DNA from: Azolla caroliniana
Lineage: Eukaryota; Plantae; Polypodiophyta
Direction of reading: 5' to 3'
NCBI GenBank assembly: GCA_043228905.1
Contig: JBHGNT010000004.1
Span: 4,898,001 to 4,962,000, forward strand
DNA length: 64,000 nucleotides
Part shown: positions 11,613 through 25,098 of the stretch, in pieces
How the letters are laid out: the number at the start of each line of letters is the position of its first letter
Position numbering within the stretch: position 1 is the first letter of the stretch
Position numbers and translations under genes: made by a program
The notes under the pieces: generated by a model
The model's database searches: none
Told to the model about the DNA's origin: nothing
What the model saw: the letters and a program-made list of their open reading frames with translations, nothing else

Positions 11613-14600
11613 TCAAGCATTAAATAGAGAGACCTCCCCTAATATGTGCTCATGAACCTCTTGGGGGACCTTGTAGACAGTGTTGTATCCCTTAACCTTG
11701 TGCTTTGCTTGAGTCATATTGAATTTGATCGCAAGAATGGCATCAGCGTAGATTATTGCGATGGGTGCTTCTTTTAGTAATGCATATGTGTTCTTGCACT
11801 GCGGCAACTTTGCATAATAGTTTCCATACACGACAGACTCACCAACGTTGAAATTGTTGCCCCAACCATCCCTCACCACTTCTTTCAATAATGTCTTTCC
11901 TTGCTTGCACACCACAATGTAGTAGTCTTCTAAATCTTCATTCTGAGAATATTTGAGCACTGCAAAATGATCTCCAACTTCCAATAAAACTGCCAAGTCT
12001 TGATTTTGGTTGTAGTATACAATATCGTTTGAATGCACATCCTCTTCAATATCATCTTGTAGTTCAGGCTCAAGCTTCTGCAGCTTCCAGGGCTCCACGA
12101 TTGATAGGTTGATGCATTTATCCCAAGCTTCATCTAGACACATGGAACAAAAGCATGATAAACTACGGAGTAACAATTGGGTTGTGTCCTTGCGGCTAAA
12201 CCCTAACACACAATGGGTGCTGCGTGTCCCTTTCACGGTTTTACAACCATATGATTTAGTTCTATCGACCTCATCAGCGCGAACTTCAACAAACAATCTG
12301 TTCTTACCATCATTTGACATCTTCCATGTTAGCCACTGCACAACATCATGTGCATTTTGTAACTTAGCGCCATTATTATCCAACTGCTCACTTGTAAGGG
12401 CACGTTTGATCACAGCCCCCGCGCCATCATGCTCTCCTTTTCCATGTCCAGACCCGAAGTAATTCCATTGCATACGAATATTGAATAAGGAGAAATACCT
12501 GCTTTGGTGAGTACAAGATGAGTACAATACTATGAGTACAACATGAGTAAATACTGATTTAGTACAATTCTCTTAAGGACGGACAATACTATGAGTACAA
12601 GATGAGTACTTTATATCCTCCTGTAAACACAACATAGTACAGATACAACACACAACATAGTACAATGTGTCTATGGAGAACCCTTCACATGGATTAAAAC
12701 ATAATTAGTACAATTCTCTTAAGGACGGACAATACTATAAGTACAAGATGAGTACTTTACATCCTTTTGTAAACACAACATAGTACAAAACCAACACACA
12801 ACATAGTACAATGTGTCTATGGAGAACCCTTCACATGGATTAATCGATACTTAGTACAATTCTCTTAAGGACGGACAATACTATGAGTACAAGATGAGTA
12901 CTTTACATCCTCCTGTAAACACAACATAGTACAGATAGGACACACAACAAAGTACAATGTGTCTATGGAGAACCCTTCACATGGATTAAAACATAATTAG
13001 TACAATTCTCTTAAGGACGGACAATACTATGAGTACAAGATGAGTACTTTACATCCTCCTGTAAACACAACATAGTACAGATAGGACACACAACAAAGTA
13101 CAATGTGTCTATGGAGAACCCTTCACATGGATTAAAACATAATTAGTACAATTCTCTTAAGGACGGACAATACTATAAGTACAAGATGAGTACTTTACAT
13201 CCTTTTGTAAACACAACATAGTACAGAACCAACACACAACATAGTACAATGTGTCTATGGAGAACACTTCACATGGATTAAAAGTTACTTAGTACAACAT
13301 AATACAAACAAAATTAGTATGCATGCATCCATTCACAAGTGCAAGATTCGAATAGTTAGAAACATAATTAGTATGCATCGATGTGACTAGTACTGTTTGT
13401 TAATAGTTACAAACATAATTAGTATGCATCCACTAACACAAGATTTACTTCCTTACACATTGCATGATAAGTATTAAACATATGGATTAAAAATTACCTG
13501 GCGATAAAGTAGAACGATCGTGCCGCCTTAAACTGCGAGGCAGCACCATCAGACCAAACCCAATGACGGTTAAAGGTTAACCCTAGAGAAAATAAATCTG
13601 CATGGTGAAGCTTAAAACAATGTTGAACAAATAGTGTATCATGCTTTTTATCATCTGAAATGTAAAATATTGATTTCTTATGTAACTCACCGTCTTGCCT
13701 CCAATAGCAAATATGTACAAGTATTGTACATTGATCATTGTACCAATGCATTGATTGAACCTCATTTTGAACTTTAAATGTATAGTTTTCTGCAAAATCA
13801 ATAACGGATACAATGACACCCGTTGGTAAGTTATTAATACATTCCTTGAATTGTGAATTTTGCCAATAACTCCGGAAGTTATGTGGAATAAACTCCCCAA
13901 GTTGTTTCTTAAATTCTGAGACAAGGGTAGCAGCACATGTCTCCTTATATACTTCCTTGATACGCTTAGTTACAACTCCCTTGCCAATATTTTCAGTCAC
14001 ATACTCCAAATATTTCCATTTCACGATATGACTATTTCCCATATCAAGCTCCTGCCTACAAAATAATGGTAGCGGACAAACCTTACATGTTCTTAATAGA
14101 CATGTACGACGATGCCACTCACACGATGGTTCTTTTTCACAAACACAAGACCTCCATAGCTCAGAAACGGATGCATAAGTCATGTTTCGTGCATTACACC
14201 TATTATCCTCCCCATTTGGTCTACAAATCTCACAAGTGCAGACACATAATTCCCCATGTATACCCTTAGAATCAGTACGCATTGCATTCACAGAAACCCT
14301 TAACATGTCCATCTTCACATGGTACACACAACAACATGTATTCCTCTCATTTAATTTTCTAACATAAAATGGTTTCAAACCTTGGAACTTGCGGAATCCG
14401 ACAGTCAAGCTTGGATGTTGGTCTTTAAAGTTCATGTACAATTCAGCCTACATCAACCAATATATATAGCAAACATTAATATACACTTGGTCAAAACAGA
14501 AAGTTATGGAATGTGAATTGATATAAAAAAATGGAATACCTCTGTCATCTCCAAGAAGTGTCTAGGGTGAATCTGGTACATACCCTGACTTATTCGTTGT

Positions 14601-15166
14601 CTACACACGTCCTTCTTATTTGGTGAGACACGCGTATTTTTGGCCCAAAATGAATCCACTTTCTCAATAATCTCTTGAGATAAGGCATCACATCGTCGTC
14701 TACGTCCCGACCCCAGCCACTTGAATTTGCTTGAGTGTATATTTCGGCGATGTTTCCTCAAGTTCCTTCTTTGAATACCCAGGGCTAAGGCAACTTTAGT
14801 ATCACTATATTTTTTTTCTCTCACACCATTCACAACCATGTGTAGGGCTGCCCTCTTTGCAGCAAGTTTGTCTAAGCTCTCTACACCTTTCACTAAGTCT
14901 AGGGATGACTTCATAGACTCCACAATCTCTTCTGAAACACATTGGTCCCTAAATTTTATTCTCTCCATGTCTTCATTCAAACTTTGATGGTGTAACACTC
15001 TACAAATAATATCCCTACGATCCTCTTCACTAAATCTCTTCGTTATTTCTACCAAATAACGAACTATGTGAAGAACCACTCGTCTCTTAGTCCTTTCAGA
15101 TATGCATGAGTTACTTGACAACTCACTCTCGTTAGGAACCCCCATTCGGTCACTAGATTTATCCAC
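11613..15166 (-). CDS. Spliced Sola-type DDD transposase (copy 1), apparently open across three exons
   Basis: Exons ~15166-14540, 14447-13498, 12498-11613 joined by in-phase GT-AG introns (MTE|AELYMNF; FIAR|YFSLF); motifs CCCVYH, VIDFAENY, WSDGAASQFK, GHGKGEHDGAG, SCFCSMC; start codon uncertain. Confidence 0.8.
12520..13295. repeat. 146-bp tandem repeat, about 5 copies, in transposase intron 2
   Basis: AGTACAATTCTCTTAAGGACGG at 12561, 12707, 12853, 12999 and 13145. Confidence 0.95.
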
Positions 15167-15199
15167 AAAAATTAAGTGTCTTGCGAAAGTAGTTAATGT

Positions 15200-15995
15200 T
15201 ATATAGACTCAACCAAGAAAACACAATCAAATGTTTTTAAATGTGGCCTGCAAAGTGAGAAATATTTTGTTTCAAACATTAGAATTACATATCAAATATG
15301 GCAAATGTCAATTCTAAAAATTTAGTACTGAAATATGAAGAAATGAAACATTTTAGTACTGAAAATGAAAAAAATGGATGGAAGGAACCTCCAATGGTGG
15401 AGGGAGCGTGGATATATAGACTCAACCAAGAAAACACAATCAAATGTTTTTAAATGTGGCCTGCAAAGTGAGAAATATTTTGTTTCAAACATTAGAATTA
15501 CATATCAAATATGGCAAATGTCAATTCTAAAAATTTAGTACTGAAATATGAAGAAATGAAACATTTTAGTACTGAAAATGAAAAAAATGGATGGAAGGAA
15601 CCTCCAATGGTGGAGGGAGCGTGGATATATAGACTCAACCAAGAAAACACAATCAAATGTTTTTAAATGTGGCCTGCAAAGTGAGAAATATTTTGTTTCA
15701 AACATTAGAATTACATATCAAATATGGCAAATGTCAATTCTAAAAATTTAGTACTGAAATATGAAGAAATGAAACATTTTAGTACTGAAAATAAAAAAAA
15801 GGATGGAAGGAACCTCCAATGGTGGAGGGAGCGTTGGATATGCCGCCTCGATTTGGTGGAAGGAACCTCCAATGGTGGAGGGAGCGTGGATATGCAGCCT
15901 CGATTTGGTGGAAGGAACCTCCAATGGTGGAGGGAGCGTTGGATATGCCGCCTCGATTTGGTGGAAGGAACCTCCAATGCCACCTCGATTTGGTG
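15200..15995. repeat. 213-bp tandem repeat x3 running into a 52/53-bp repeat x3-4
   Basis: GACTCAACCAAGAAA at 15206, 15419, 15632; GGAAGGAACCTCCAATG at 15805, 15858, 15910, 15963. Confidence 0.92.
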
Positions 15996-16547
15996 GAAAA
16001 AGCCCCAAATCACCACGACATCAACTGCAATCGGTGGAAGTACGAAAGTCGTTGTCAAAGAAGTGACTATTGGCTGCTACCTAAACCCTCAGAACAGTCT
16101 CTGTACCTCAACCGAAACCTAACAAAAACAGAAACCCTAAAAAAATCAGAAATCCTCAACTCAAACTCTCCAACCAGACATGGATGTCTGAGATTTAGAT
16201 TGAAGGAAAATCAGAAACGTGACATGGATGTCTGTGATGAAAAGCTCAGAGAGATAGAGGAAGAACAGTATGAGGGGAATCGCCAAAACGACGTGAGGGG
16301 AAGCGCCAAAATCGACGTGAGGGGAAAATAGCCCCCAAAATGGAAGAACATCTCCTCACGTGTTCCCCCCACTCCTTCTACAGTAAATGACACTTGTACT
16401 ACAGTCACCCCACTCTCCAAAATCGATTTTCTTTTTCTCTAATTTTTTTTCTGAATTATTCAGTACTAACAGTATTGAAAGTACTGACAATTTTTGTGGC
16501 CAAAAACAGTACTTTTTTGGTACCCCGTAGCGTGCTTCGACCCATTT

Positions 16548-17087
16548 ACGTGGACCAAGATTATCACATTAGCTGGGGGTGATAAGTTGGGCCATCCATT
16601 CTGGATTGCCAAAATCATTGAAATTTTTAAGGATGATGAAGGCAATCAAGTAAAGTCTATTATGGTTCATTGGTATCATACCTCTTCCAAAGATGCATTT
16701 ACTGGGAAGTACTCTTTAGAGATGGTTAAGGATGTCGAAGGCACAAGCAGAAAGCGAAGAAGAAAGAATCTACCAAGCACGTCTAGTCTAGCACTTGATA
16801 ATGTCGACAAGTATGTGTATGAATTCTCCTTGACGAAAACAGGCCATCTAAGACAGACTACAATCAAGATAATAAAAGAGAAAATCCCAGATGTGCCTAT
16901 TGACGCAACACAGAGACGAACAAGGAGCATGTCTCATAATCATGATGACGTTGGATTGCAATCGGATGAAGACAATGCATTGGTTGCTAGTGATGATGAG
17001 GATGAGACCTCGCAAAGCTCTTCTACTTCATTGGGTGGGTTTGAAGGGGAAGGCGTATCTCTGGGTAGTGATGGATCTCATATATGA
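16548..17087 (+). pseudogene. 3' part of the interrupted Sola-like host transposase
   Basis: Resumes after the ATTT TSD; GHPFWIAKIIEIF...IMVHWYHT domain and acidic tail; element appears to end near 17355 where old copia sequence begins. Confidence 0.55.
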
Positions 17088-17355
17088 AATGTAAATATTG
17101 TATGTTACATCAATATGGCGATTCACAAATATGTATAAATATACATCTTAGTCATTTTGTAATTTTTGTACATTCTCTTGTAAATTTCACGTGTCAATTA
17201 TTAGGGGCATTTTTTGAAAGCCCTAAATTTTTAGACATGATATAAATAAATATATTTTGATTCAATTTCCAAAACCCTTTACGCATGCGATGGTCATTTT
17301 TGTGAAATGACCTACTTTGTGCCTTTTTTGGACAGACTGTTCTTAAATGACCCGG

Positions 17356-17539
17356 TGTTTGTATGGATTTTTATGAGTGTAAACTCTCTTTCATCCACCT
17401 TCTCAGTATGTGCTTGGTCCGAGAGTGGTAAACGTTCTTGGCTAGATGTATGGCACTCTGACGATCACAATGGAGCAAGAATTCTCTTGCTTTATTCCCA
17501 ATTCACTGAAAAAACTCTTCATCCATATCATCTCCTTGC
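17356..17539 (-). pseudogene. Old copia RNase H remnant (host of copia A)
   Basis: Minus strand encodes a degenerate QSAIHLAKN...KIHT segment; continues at 23095. Confidence 0.7.
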
Positions 17540-17805
17540 TGACAGGAACTGCACGCTCCCTATAAGCAACGCTCGGCCACAACCGAGCTTAGAATCATAC
17601 AGAGAAAACGGGAGATAAATGCACGATATAGTGAAGAGAAGAGTACACAAGATGTTTACGTGGAAAACCCAAACTAGGGAAAAACCACGGTAGCCCACAG
17701 GCTGCAAATTATCACTATGTTAGAATGTACAACAGTGAGTTCACGGAGGCAACGACCTCGTGCTCACGATGTTCGCCATAGGCGGCAGTTTCAACAGAGG
17801 CAACG

Positions 17806-17846
<41 letters not shown>

Positions 17847-20800
17847 TACACGGTTACACGCTCTCTCTCTTCTTGCACCAACAAGAATAACAACGACTCT
17901 AAAAGTTTGCCCTAAGTCATATTTATACTAATATGACTTTTCGGCTATTTACACATATAGCCATGATGGACTCTCAGAAACATATTTACGAATATGTCTC
18001 TTCATCCGGTGAGCACTCCTCACCGGGTCTGCACCATCCGGCTCTCCTCACCGGGTACTCCTCATCCGGTTCTCACCGGGTCTGCACCATCCGGCTCTCC
18101 GTAGCCGGGTACTCCTCATCCGGTTCTCACTGGGTCTGCACCATCCGGCTCTTCGTAGCCGGGTACTCCTCATCCGGTTCTCACCGGGTCTGCACCATCC
18201 GGCTCTCCGTAACCGGGTACTCGTCATCAACACTGTTCTTCTCCTGAGGGACCTGTCTCCCAACAAACTCCCCCTTCACTCCGGCATGGGGTGTCTTACT
18301 AGTCCGATCCTCTTCCGGCATGCATCCAGCTTGTCGGGTATCAGCACTTTGGTCAGCATATCTGACCCGTTCTCGGCCGTGTGGATCTTCGTCAGTGCGA
18401 ACTCCTGTTCATCTACTCTTTCCCGGATCCAGTGATATCTTCGCTGGATATGCTTCGTCCGTGAATGGTAGGCCGCATTCTTAGCAAGATGGATGGCACT
18501 TTGACTGTCACAATAGAGTCGGTATTCATCTTGTCGGATACCGAGCTCTCCGATGAAGTCCTTCATCCATAATATTTCCTTGCTGGCTTCCACAGCCGCC
18601 ATGTACTTCACCTCCGTGGTTGACAATGCAACTGTCTTCTGCAGCGTCGATTGCCACGAGACAGCTCCCCCTGCATATGTCATTACATACCCGGATGTAG
18701 ACCGGCTGGTATCCACATCAGCCGACACCGTCAAGTTGAGGTTTTCCGGAGCCGAATCAGAGACACATGTTTGAAGTGCCCTTCAAATACCAGAGTATCC
18801 ATTTGACCGCATTCCAGTGCTCCTTGCCGAGATTGCTCATAAACCGGCTCACCACTCCGACTGCGTATCCTATATCCGGTCGGGTACACACCATTGCGTA
18901 CATCAACCTCCCGACGGCAGAGGCATATGGAATCTTCATCATATCCGCCTTCTCTGCTTTCGTCTTCGGGCTTTGCTTACTGGATAGCCTGCAGTTTGCC
19001 GGAAGTGTCGATCCGACCGGTTTCGCATCTGACATGTTGAGCCGCTCAAGCACCTTTGTCACGTACTTCTCCTATGACAGCCATAATTGCTTCATTGACC
19101 GGTTCCGAATAATATGCATCCCCAACATCTGTCTTGCCGGACCCAAGTCTTTCATTGAGAAGGTCCGGTTGAGAGCCTTCTTCAGCATCCGTATTTTGGC
19201 TTGGTCCTGTCCGACGATCAACATGTTGTCCACGTACAGAAGGAGTATTAGGAAGTCACCTCCTTCGAACTTCTTCACAAACACGCAGTGATCGGCCTGC
19301 GTCTTGTGGTACCCTTGATCGGTCATGAAGGAATCGAACTTTCGGTACCATTGTCGGGGAGCCTGCTTTAGTCCGTACAGGCTCTTCTTTAGCTGGCATA
19401 CCAGGTGCTCCTTCCCTTTCTCCACAAATCCCTCCAGTTGCTGCATGTAGATCTCCTCTTCGAGGTTGCCGTGAAGGAATGCCGTCTTCACATCTAGCTG
19501 TTCTACCTCGAGGTCCATGCTTGCCGCTATACTCAGCACCGTCCGGATGGAGGTCATCTTTATTACCGGGGCAAATATCTCGTCAAAGTCCACGCCCTTT
19601 TTCTGCTGGAACCCCTTCACCACGATCTTGGCTTTGTATCTCGGGGGGTTGCTGGCATCTCCCGGTTTCAACTTGTACACCCACTTGTTTCGGAGTGCCC
19701 GCTTTCCTTTCGGCAACTCCACCAATTCGTACGTATGGTTCTCATGCAGGGAATCCATCTCATCCTGCATGGCACTTAACCATTTGCGGCTGTGGGTGTC
19801 ATCCTTCGCTTCTTCAAAGCTTTCCGGCTCCCCCTCATCGGTCAATAGAACATGCTCTGCATCCGGAAATCTCCGGGGCGCCCTTCTCTCTCTGAGAGGA
19901 TATCTCTGTCTTCGGGCTTCGGTAACCGGCTCCTCCATTTGCTCTTCATCCGAATCCGATTCGGGGTCTATGCTGGTTCCGGTTTCAGCTTCCTCTACTT
20001 CTTCTTCAGCCTGTTCGGTATCCTCACCGTAACCGACTAGTCCCTCGAGTGCCGGTCTCTTGCCGGTTGGATCTGCTCATCGTAGAGTCGATCCTTACCG
20101 GTCGACTCGGAGTTCATTATCTTCTTCTCCGACTCCCAGTCGGCGAGCGTCTTGTCCTCCATGAAGATAATATCTCGACTCCGGAATACCTTCTTGTCGA
20201 CCAGGTCCCACACTCGGTAGCCGAACTCATCGTCACCGTAACCGAGGAATATGCATGGCCGGGTCTTTGGATCTAACTTTCCTCTCCGGTCCTTAGCTAC
20301 ATGCACGTATGTGAGACACCCGAATACCTTCAGATGCCGGTAGGATACTTCCTTACCGGTCCATACTCTCTGTGGCGTGTCTCCGTCCAAGGGTACTGAG
20401 GGTGATCTATTTATCACATATATCGCCGTCGACAATGCCTCAGCCCAAAACTTCGTGGGTAGTTTTTCATGCGCTAGCATGCTTCGGACCCTCTCCATTA
20501 TGGTCCGGTTCATTCTCTCGGCCAGTCCGTTTAGTTCCGGCGTCTTCGGCACGGTAAATTCGAGCCGGATTCCCTTCGAGCGGCAGTACTCCTCGAACTG
20601 CCCCCGATATTCTCCTCCGTTATCTGCTCGAACCGCCTTCAGCTTCTGGCCGGTTTCTCTTTCCAGTCTCGCGTGGAGCTCTTTGAAGACGGATAACACC
20701 TGATCCTTCGTCTTCAACGGTGTGGCCCACAGCTTCCGGTTGTGGTCATCTATGAACGTCACGAAGTATTGCGCTCCGGCATGTAACTTCGTGTCTACTT

Positions 20801-23089
20801 GACACACATCCGTATGCACCAACTCCAGTGGTGCATTATGTCTCATCGGTGGCCTTGGTCGGAAGGAGGTCCGGTTTTTCTTACCGGCCAGACAATCAGT
20901 GCACTTCTCCAAGTGCACGTTCTTCACTGGAATGAGGTTGTTGTCTACAACCCTCTTCATCCCCTTCTCGCTCATATGACACAACCTCTTGTGCCACAGC
21001 TCACCGGCAGTGTCGGATGCCACGTTCACTTCTTCCAGACATAACCGGGCATTCATCAAGTACAGTGTGTTGACCTTCCGGGCCCGAGCCATAATCTGGC
21101 TCCCTTTGCTAAACTTCATGACACCGTTCCGGATGCTACCCGTGTAGCCTTCATCATCTAGCCGACCGGCTGATATCAGATTCAGACGAACCTCCGAAAC
21201 GTGTCAGATATCCTTCAGTAGCAACTTGCATCCGGTTGGTGTTGTCAGCCACACGTCTCCTATGCCGACAATTCGGCATGTTCCTTCATTCCCCATTCGG
21301 ACACAGCCGTGATCACCGGCTGAGTAGGATGAGAAGCATTTCCGGTCCGGGGTAAGGTGGAATGACGCTCCGGAGTCGACCACCCAGGTCATCTCGTCGC
21401 CGGCAAGGTTTATCTCACTCTCCTCGGTGATGAGCATCAACTCTTCTTCACTTGCCACGATTGCCGTCGTCCCCTTCCGGTCCGTCCCCCTCCGGTCTTT
21501 ACCGTTTCAGTCTGGTATCCGCTTCGAATCGGTATCGTCGGTTTCCTTGTCCTTTCGGAAATGCCGACAGTTCTTCTGGAAGTGTCCCGGCTTGCCGCAA
21601 TAGAAGCAAGTAGGTCTCCCCCTTGACTTTGACCGTGTCCCCGACTTTTCCCGGTTCTGGGGACTACAGTTTCTTTGTCTTCCGCGTTCCGATTCGGTAA
21701 GGAGCGCTTTGGACTCGGAGCTCGTATCTTTATCTTTCCAACACGCCTCCTCATCTAGCAAGCTCGACTTTACTCTTACTAGGGATAACCGCTTTCCTTC
21801 CGGCCCGGCGTTGCCCAAAGTGACAACCAACGTCTCCCAGCTATCCGGAAGGGAACCGAGCAGTAGTAGCACTAGTACCTCGTTGGCGAGAGGTACTTCC
21901 AATGATGTTGCCTGGTGTATCAGCCCCTAGAAGGCATTCATGTGCTCCGCCATGCTGGAGCCATCTTGGTACCAGAGTCTTACTAGCTTCCGGAATACCG
22001 AAACCTGATTAACAACATTTTTGTTTTGAAACATTATGCCGATCTTCTCCCAAAGCTCATGAGCCTTGCTCTCTTCATTGAAGTTGTTGTATAGGCTCAT
22101 GTCGATGAAGCACCGTATGTACGCCGTTGTCTTCATATGCATCACCTCCCATATCGTGGCATCGATTTTGTCCGGTCTCTTGTCCCCAAACTGAACCGGC
22201 AACCAAAGATCTTTAACCACGAGCATGTCCCTCATCTTCGACTTCCACACCGAATAGTTGGAGCCCGTGAGTTTGAACATGCCTCCCAACGAATCGTTCA
22301 TTTTCTATGTCGTTTCGCTCTGATACCACTTGACAGGAACTGCACGCTCCCTATACGCAACGCTCGGCCACAATCGAGCTTAGAATCATACAGAGAAAAC
22401 GGGAGATAAATGCACGACACAGTGAAGAGAAGAGTACACAGGATGTTTACGTGGAAAACCCAAACTAGGGAAAAACCACGGCAGCCCATAGGCTGCAAAC
22501 TATCACTATGTTAGAATGTACAACAGTGAGTTCACGGAGGCAACGACCTCGTGCTCACGATGTTCGCCACAGGCGGCAGTTTCAACAGAGGCAACGACCT
22601 CTTTCTCTCTCTCTCTCTCTCTCTCTCTGTACACGGTTACACGCTCTCTCTCTTCTTGCACCAACAAGAATAACAACGACTCTAAAAGTTTGCCCTAAGT
22701 CATATTTATACTAATATGACTTTTCGGCTATTTACAAATATAGCCATGATGGACTCTCAGAAACATATTTACGAATATGTCGCTTCATCCGGTGAGCACT
22801 CCTCACCGGGTCTGCACCATCCGGCTCTCCGTAGCCGGGTACTCCTCATCCGGTTCTCACCGGGTCTGCACCATCCGGCTCTCCGTAGCCGGGTACTCCT
22901 CATCCGGTTCTCACCGGGTCTGCACCATCCGGCTCTCCGTAGCCGGGTACTCCTCATCCGGTTCTCACCGGGTCTGCACCATCCGGCTCTCCGTAACCGG
23001 GTACTCGTCATCCGGTTTCGGCCTCGGCCGAGTTTGTTCACCAACACTGTTCTTCTCCCTTCCCATCCTGAGGGACCTGTCTCCCAACA
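17540..23089 (-). mobile_element. Ty1/copia element A (Tnt1-like), full structure but decayed ORF
   Basis: LTRs 17540-18265 and 22331-23089 (TG...CA); TSD CTTGC; PBS TGGTATCAGAGC (22317-22328, tRNA-iMet); PPT AGGGGGAG; gag-PR-INT-RT-RH split by stops and frameshifts; 54-bp tandem units in U3. Confidence 0.95.
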
Positions 23090-23561
23090 CTTGCTAACCT
23101 CTATTGCAACCATGTATTCTGCCTCTATGATCGATAAAGCCGTGACAATCTTCTGTAGTCTTGATTGTCACGAGGCCGCTCCTCCTACATAGGTAATCAC
23201 ATAACCATACACGGACATGTCTGAATTAGTAAAACCTTCGAGCATAGGTTTTCCGAAACCATACCTAAGACACACCTTTGAGGTTCCTTTCAAGTACCTG
23301 AGTATCCACTTTATTGTTGTCCATTGTTCTCGATCTAATATGTCATCCGCATATAGTAAGAGAATCAAGAAGTTGCCTTCCCTGTACCTTTTGATGAACA
23401 CACACTGATCCACTTGTGTTTTATGGAACCCATGTTCCAACATGAAGGATTCAAACTTCTTGTACCATTGGCGTGGAGCTTGTTTCAGACCATACAAGCT
23501 TTTCCTAAGACAACACACCAAATTCTCTTTTACTTTCTCCACAAAACCTTTGGGCTACTGC

Positions 23562-23867
23562 TGTCATGATATGGCAAGACTCGAACCCATGAACTTATGC
23601 TACATGGGTCGAGCTCTTGACCATTAGACCATACATTATAATACGTAAAATATTATTTTCATTTATGTTTTTATTATAGAAAATTGATGTATATTCCAGA
23701 TTTCTTTGGAACATTCTAGAAACTTCAGGAGTACTCCTGAGAACACTATAAAAGGAGGCACAAGGCATTATTTCGAACCTAATCGGTTCAACGCCAATCT
23801 TAAGCCTCCTAGCTACTATTGTATACTCTCTTCACATAATATATATCTTTTATCATCATTCTCTCAC

Positions 23868-23916
<49 letters not shown>

Positions 23917-24000
23917 CACTCTTTCCTTCTCTCGACAGTTCTACACCTCTCTTAGTACTAATCCTCATCTTTTAGTACTATCTTAGTACTGATCCTGACA
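23562..24000 (+). mobile_element. Solo LTR (chromovirus-type gypsy family)
   Basis: TGTCA...TGACA ends; flanks ACTGC/ACTAC (5-bp TSD, 1 mismatch); TATAAAA at ~23747; similar to the LTR at 38084 that precedes a gag. Confidence 0.85.
23575..23633 (-). promoter_or_regulatory. tRNA-like Pol III A/B box pair in LTR
   Basis: A box TGGTCTAATGG (23631-23621), B box GGTTCGAGTC (23587-23578). Confidence 0.55.
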
Positions 24001-25098
24001 ACTACATATAGATCTCTTCGTCAAATTCCCCATGTAGGAATGTTGTCTTGACATCCAATTGCTCTGTCTCTAGATCATGGTTGTTTAAGTACCTGTATTT
24101 AACGTTTAAATAAGTATAGTACCTCATCATTTGTATAGTACGTACTATACCTCAATGTTGTTCAGTCAAATATCATGTACATTTTTCCAATACGTATTTA
24201 ACGTATTTATAAAAAAACAGGTATAATATGTATTTATAAAGAAAATGTAAGTAAAACCCCAACAAAAACCAAAAGAAAAAAAAAGATTTTAGTGAAAAAG
24301 AAGCCAAAGGAAGGTAGAAAGAAGAATAGAAGAGACGACGACGATGAAGAAGAAGAAGAAGAAGAAGAAGAAGAAGAGAGAAAAGAAGACATAAACCTGT
24401 CCTAACTCTAAGTGTGATAATCGTAGAAGATAGAAGAAGAAGAAGAAGAAGAAGAAGAAGAAGAGAGAAAAGAAGACATAAACCTGTCCTAACTCTAAGT
24501 GTGATAATCGTAGAAGCTAGAAGAAGAAGAAGAAGAAGAAGAAGAAGAAGAAGAGAGAAAAGAAGACATAAACCTGTCCTAACTCTAAGTGTGATAATCG
24601 CAGAAGATAGAAGAAGAAGAAGAAGAAAACGAAGAAAAGAGAAACCTATCATGAGTGTGATAATCGTAGACGATTCCTAAGTCTATGAAGGCATAATTGC
24701 AAATAATTACAATTTAAAGTAGAACATCGTGATACACACTTACACTGATTTATAGAATAAGGGAATGTTGACATCCATATTACGTCAAGTATTTTAGGAT
24801 GTGAAATGTTCAAATGTCTTATATGCATTTTAGGATGTAGAACTATATTGTATATCACAAAATTGTGTAGACATAGATGTTTTTTACAATATTATAGATA
24901 TTTTTTAGAAAGGTAAATAATTTTCAAATTCTAGAAGTATTTAACGTACTATATGTAAAATATGCATTTTATGTATTTTACGTATTTTATAAGTATTTAA
25001 CATATTAAGAAAACATATTTAACGTATTTTTAAATTGGGAGGTACTATACGCGTATTAATACATTATATACGTATGGTATCCGTACCGTACCTAACGT

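Larger units (their letters stand above)
3861..16543. mobile_element. 12.7-kb Sola2-like DNA transposon (copy 1)
   Basis: Left end GGGTCGAAGCATGCTACGGTGTACCAA, right end TTGGTACCCCGTAGCGTGCTTCGACCC (imperfect TIR of about 27 bp); 4-bp TSD ATTT at 3857-3860 and 16544-16547; internal DDD transposase. Confidence 0.88.
23095..24075 (-). pseudogene. Old copia RT/RNase H remnant, interrupted by a solo LTR
   Basis: KSLYGLKQAPRQWY, LLLYADD, WILRYLKGT (ORF 23168-23542); EQLDVKT...EEIYM at 24006-24075. Confidence 0.8.

Noticed and set aside
15711-16331. Overlapping ORFs upstream of the transposase
   Set aside because: Derived from 52/53-bp and 213-bp tandem repeats and not conserved in copy 2
24173-24680. 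Poly-Leu and poly-Arg ORFs resembling membrane or basic proteins
   Set aside because: Translation of (GAA)n repeats inside a non-autonomous hAT element
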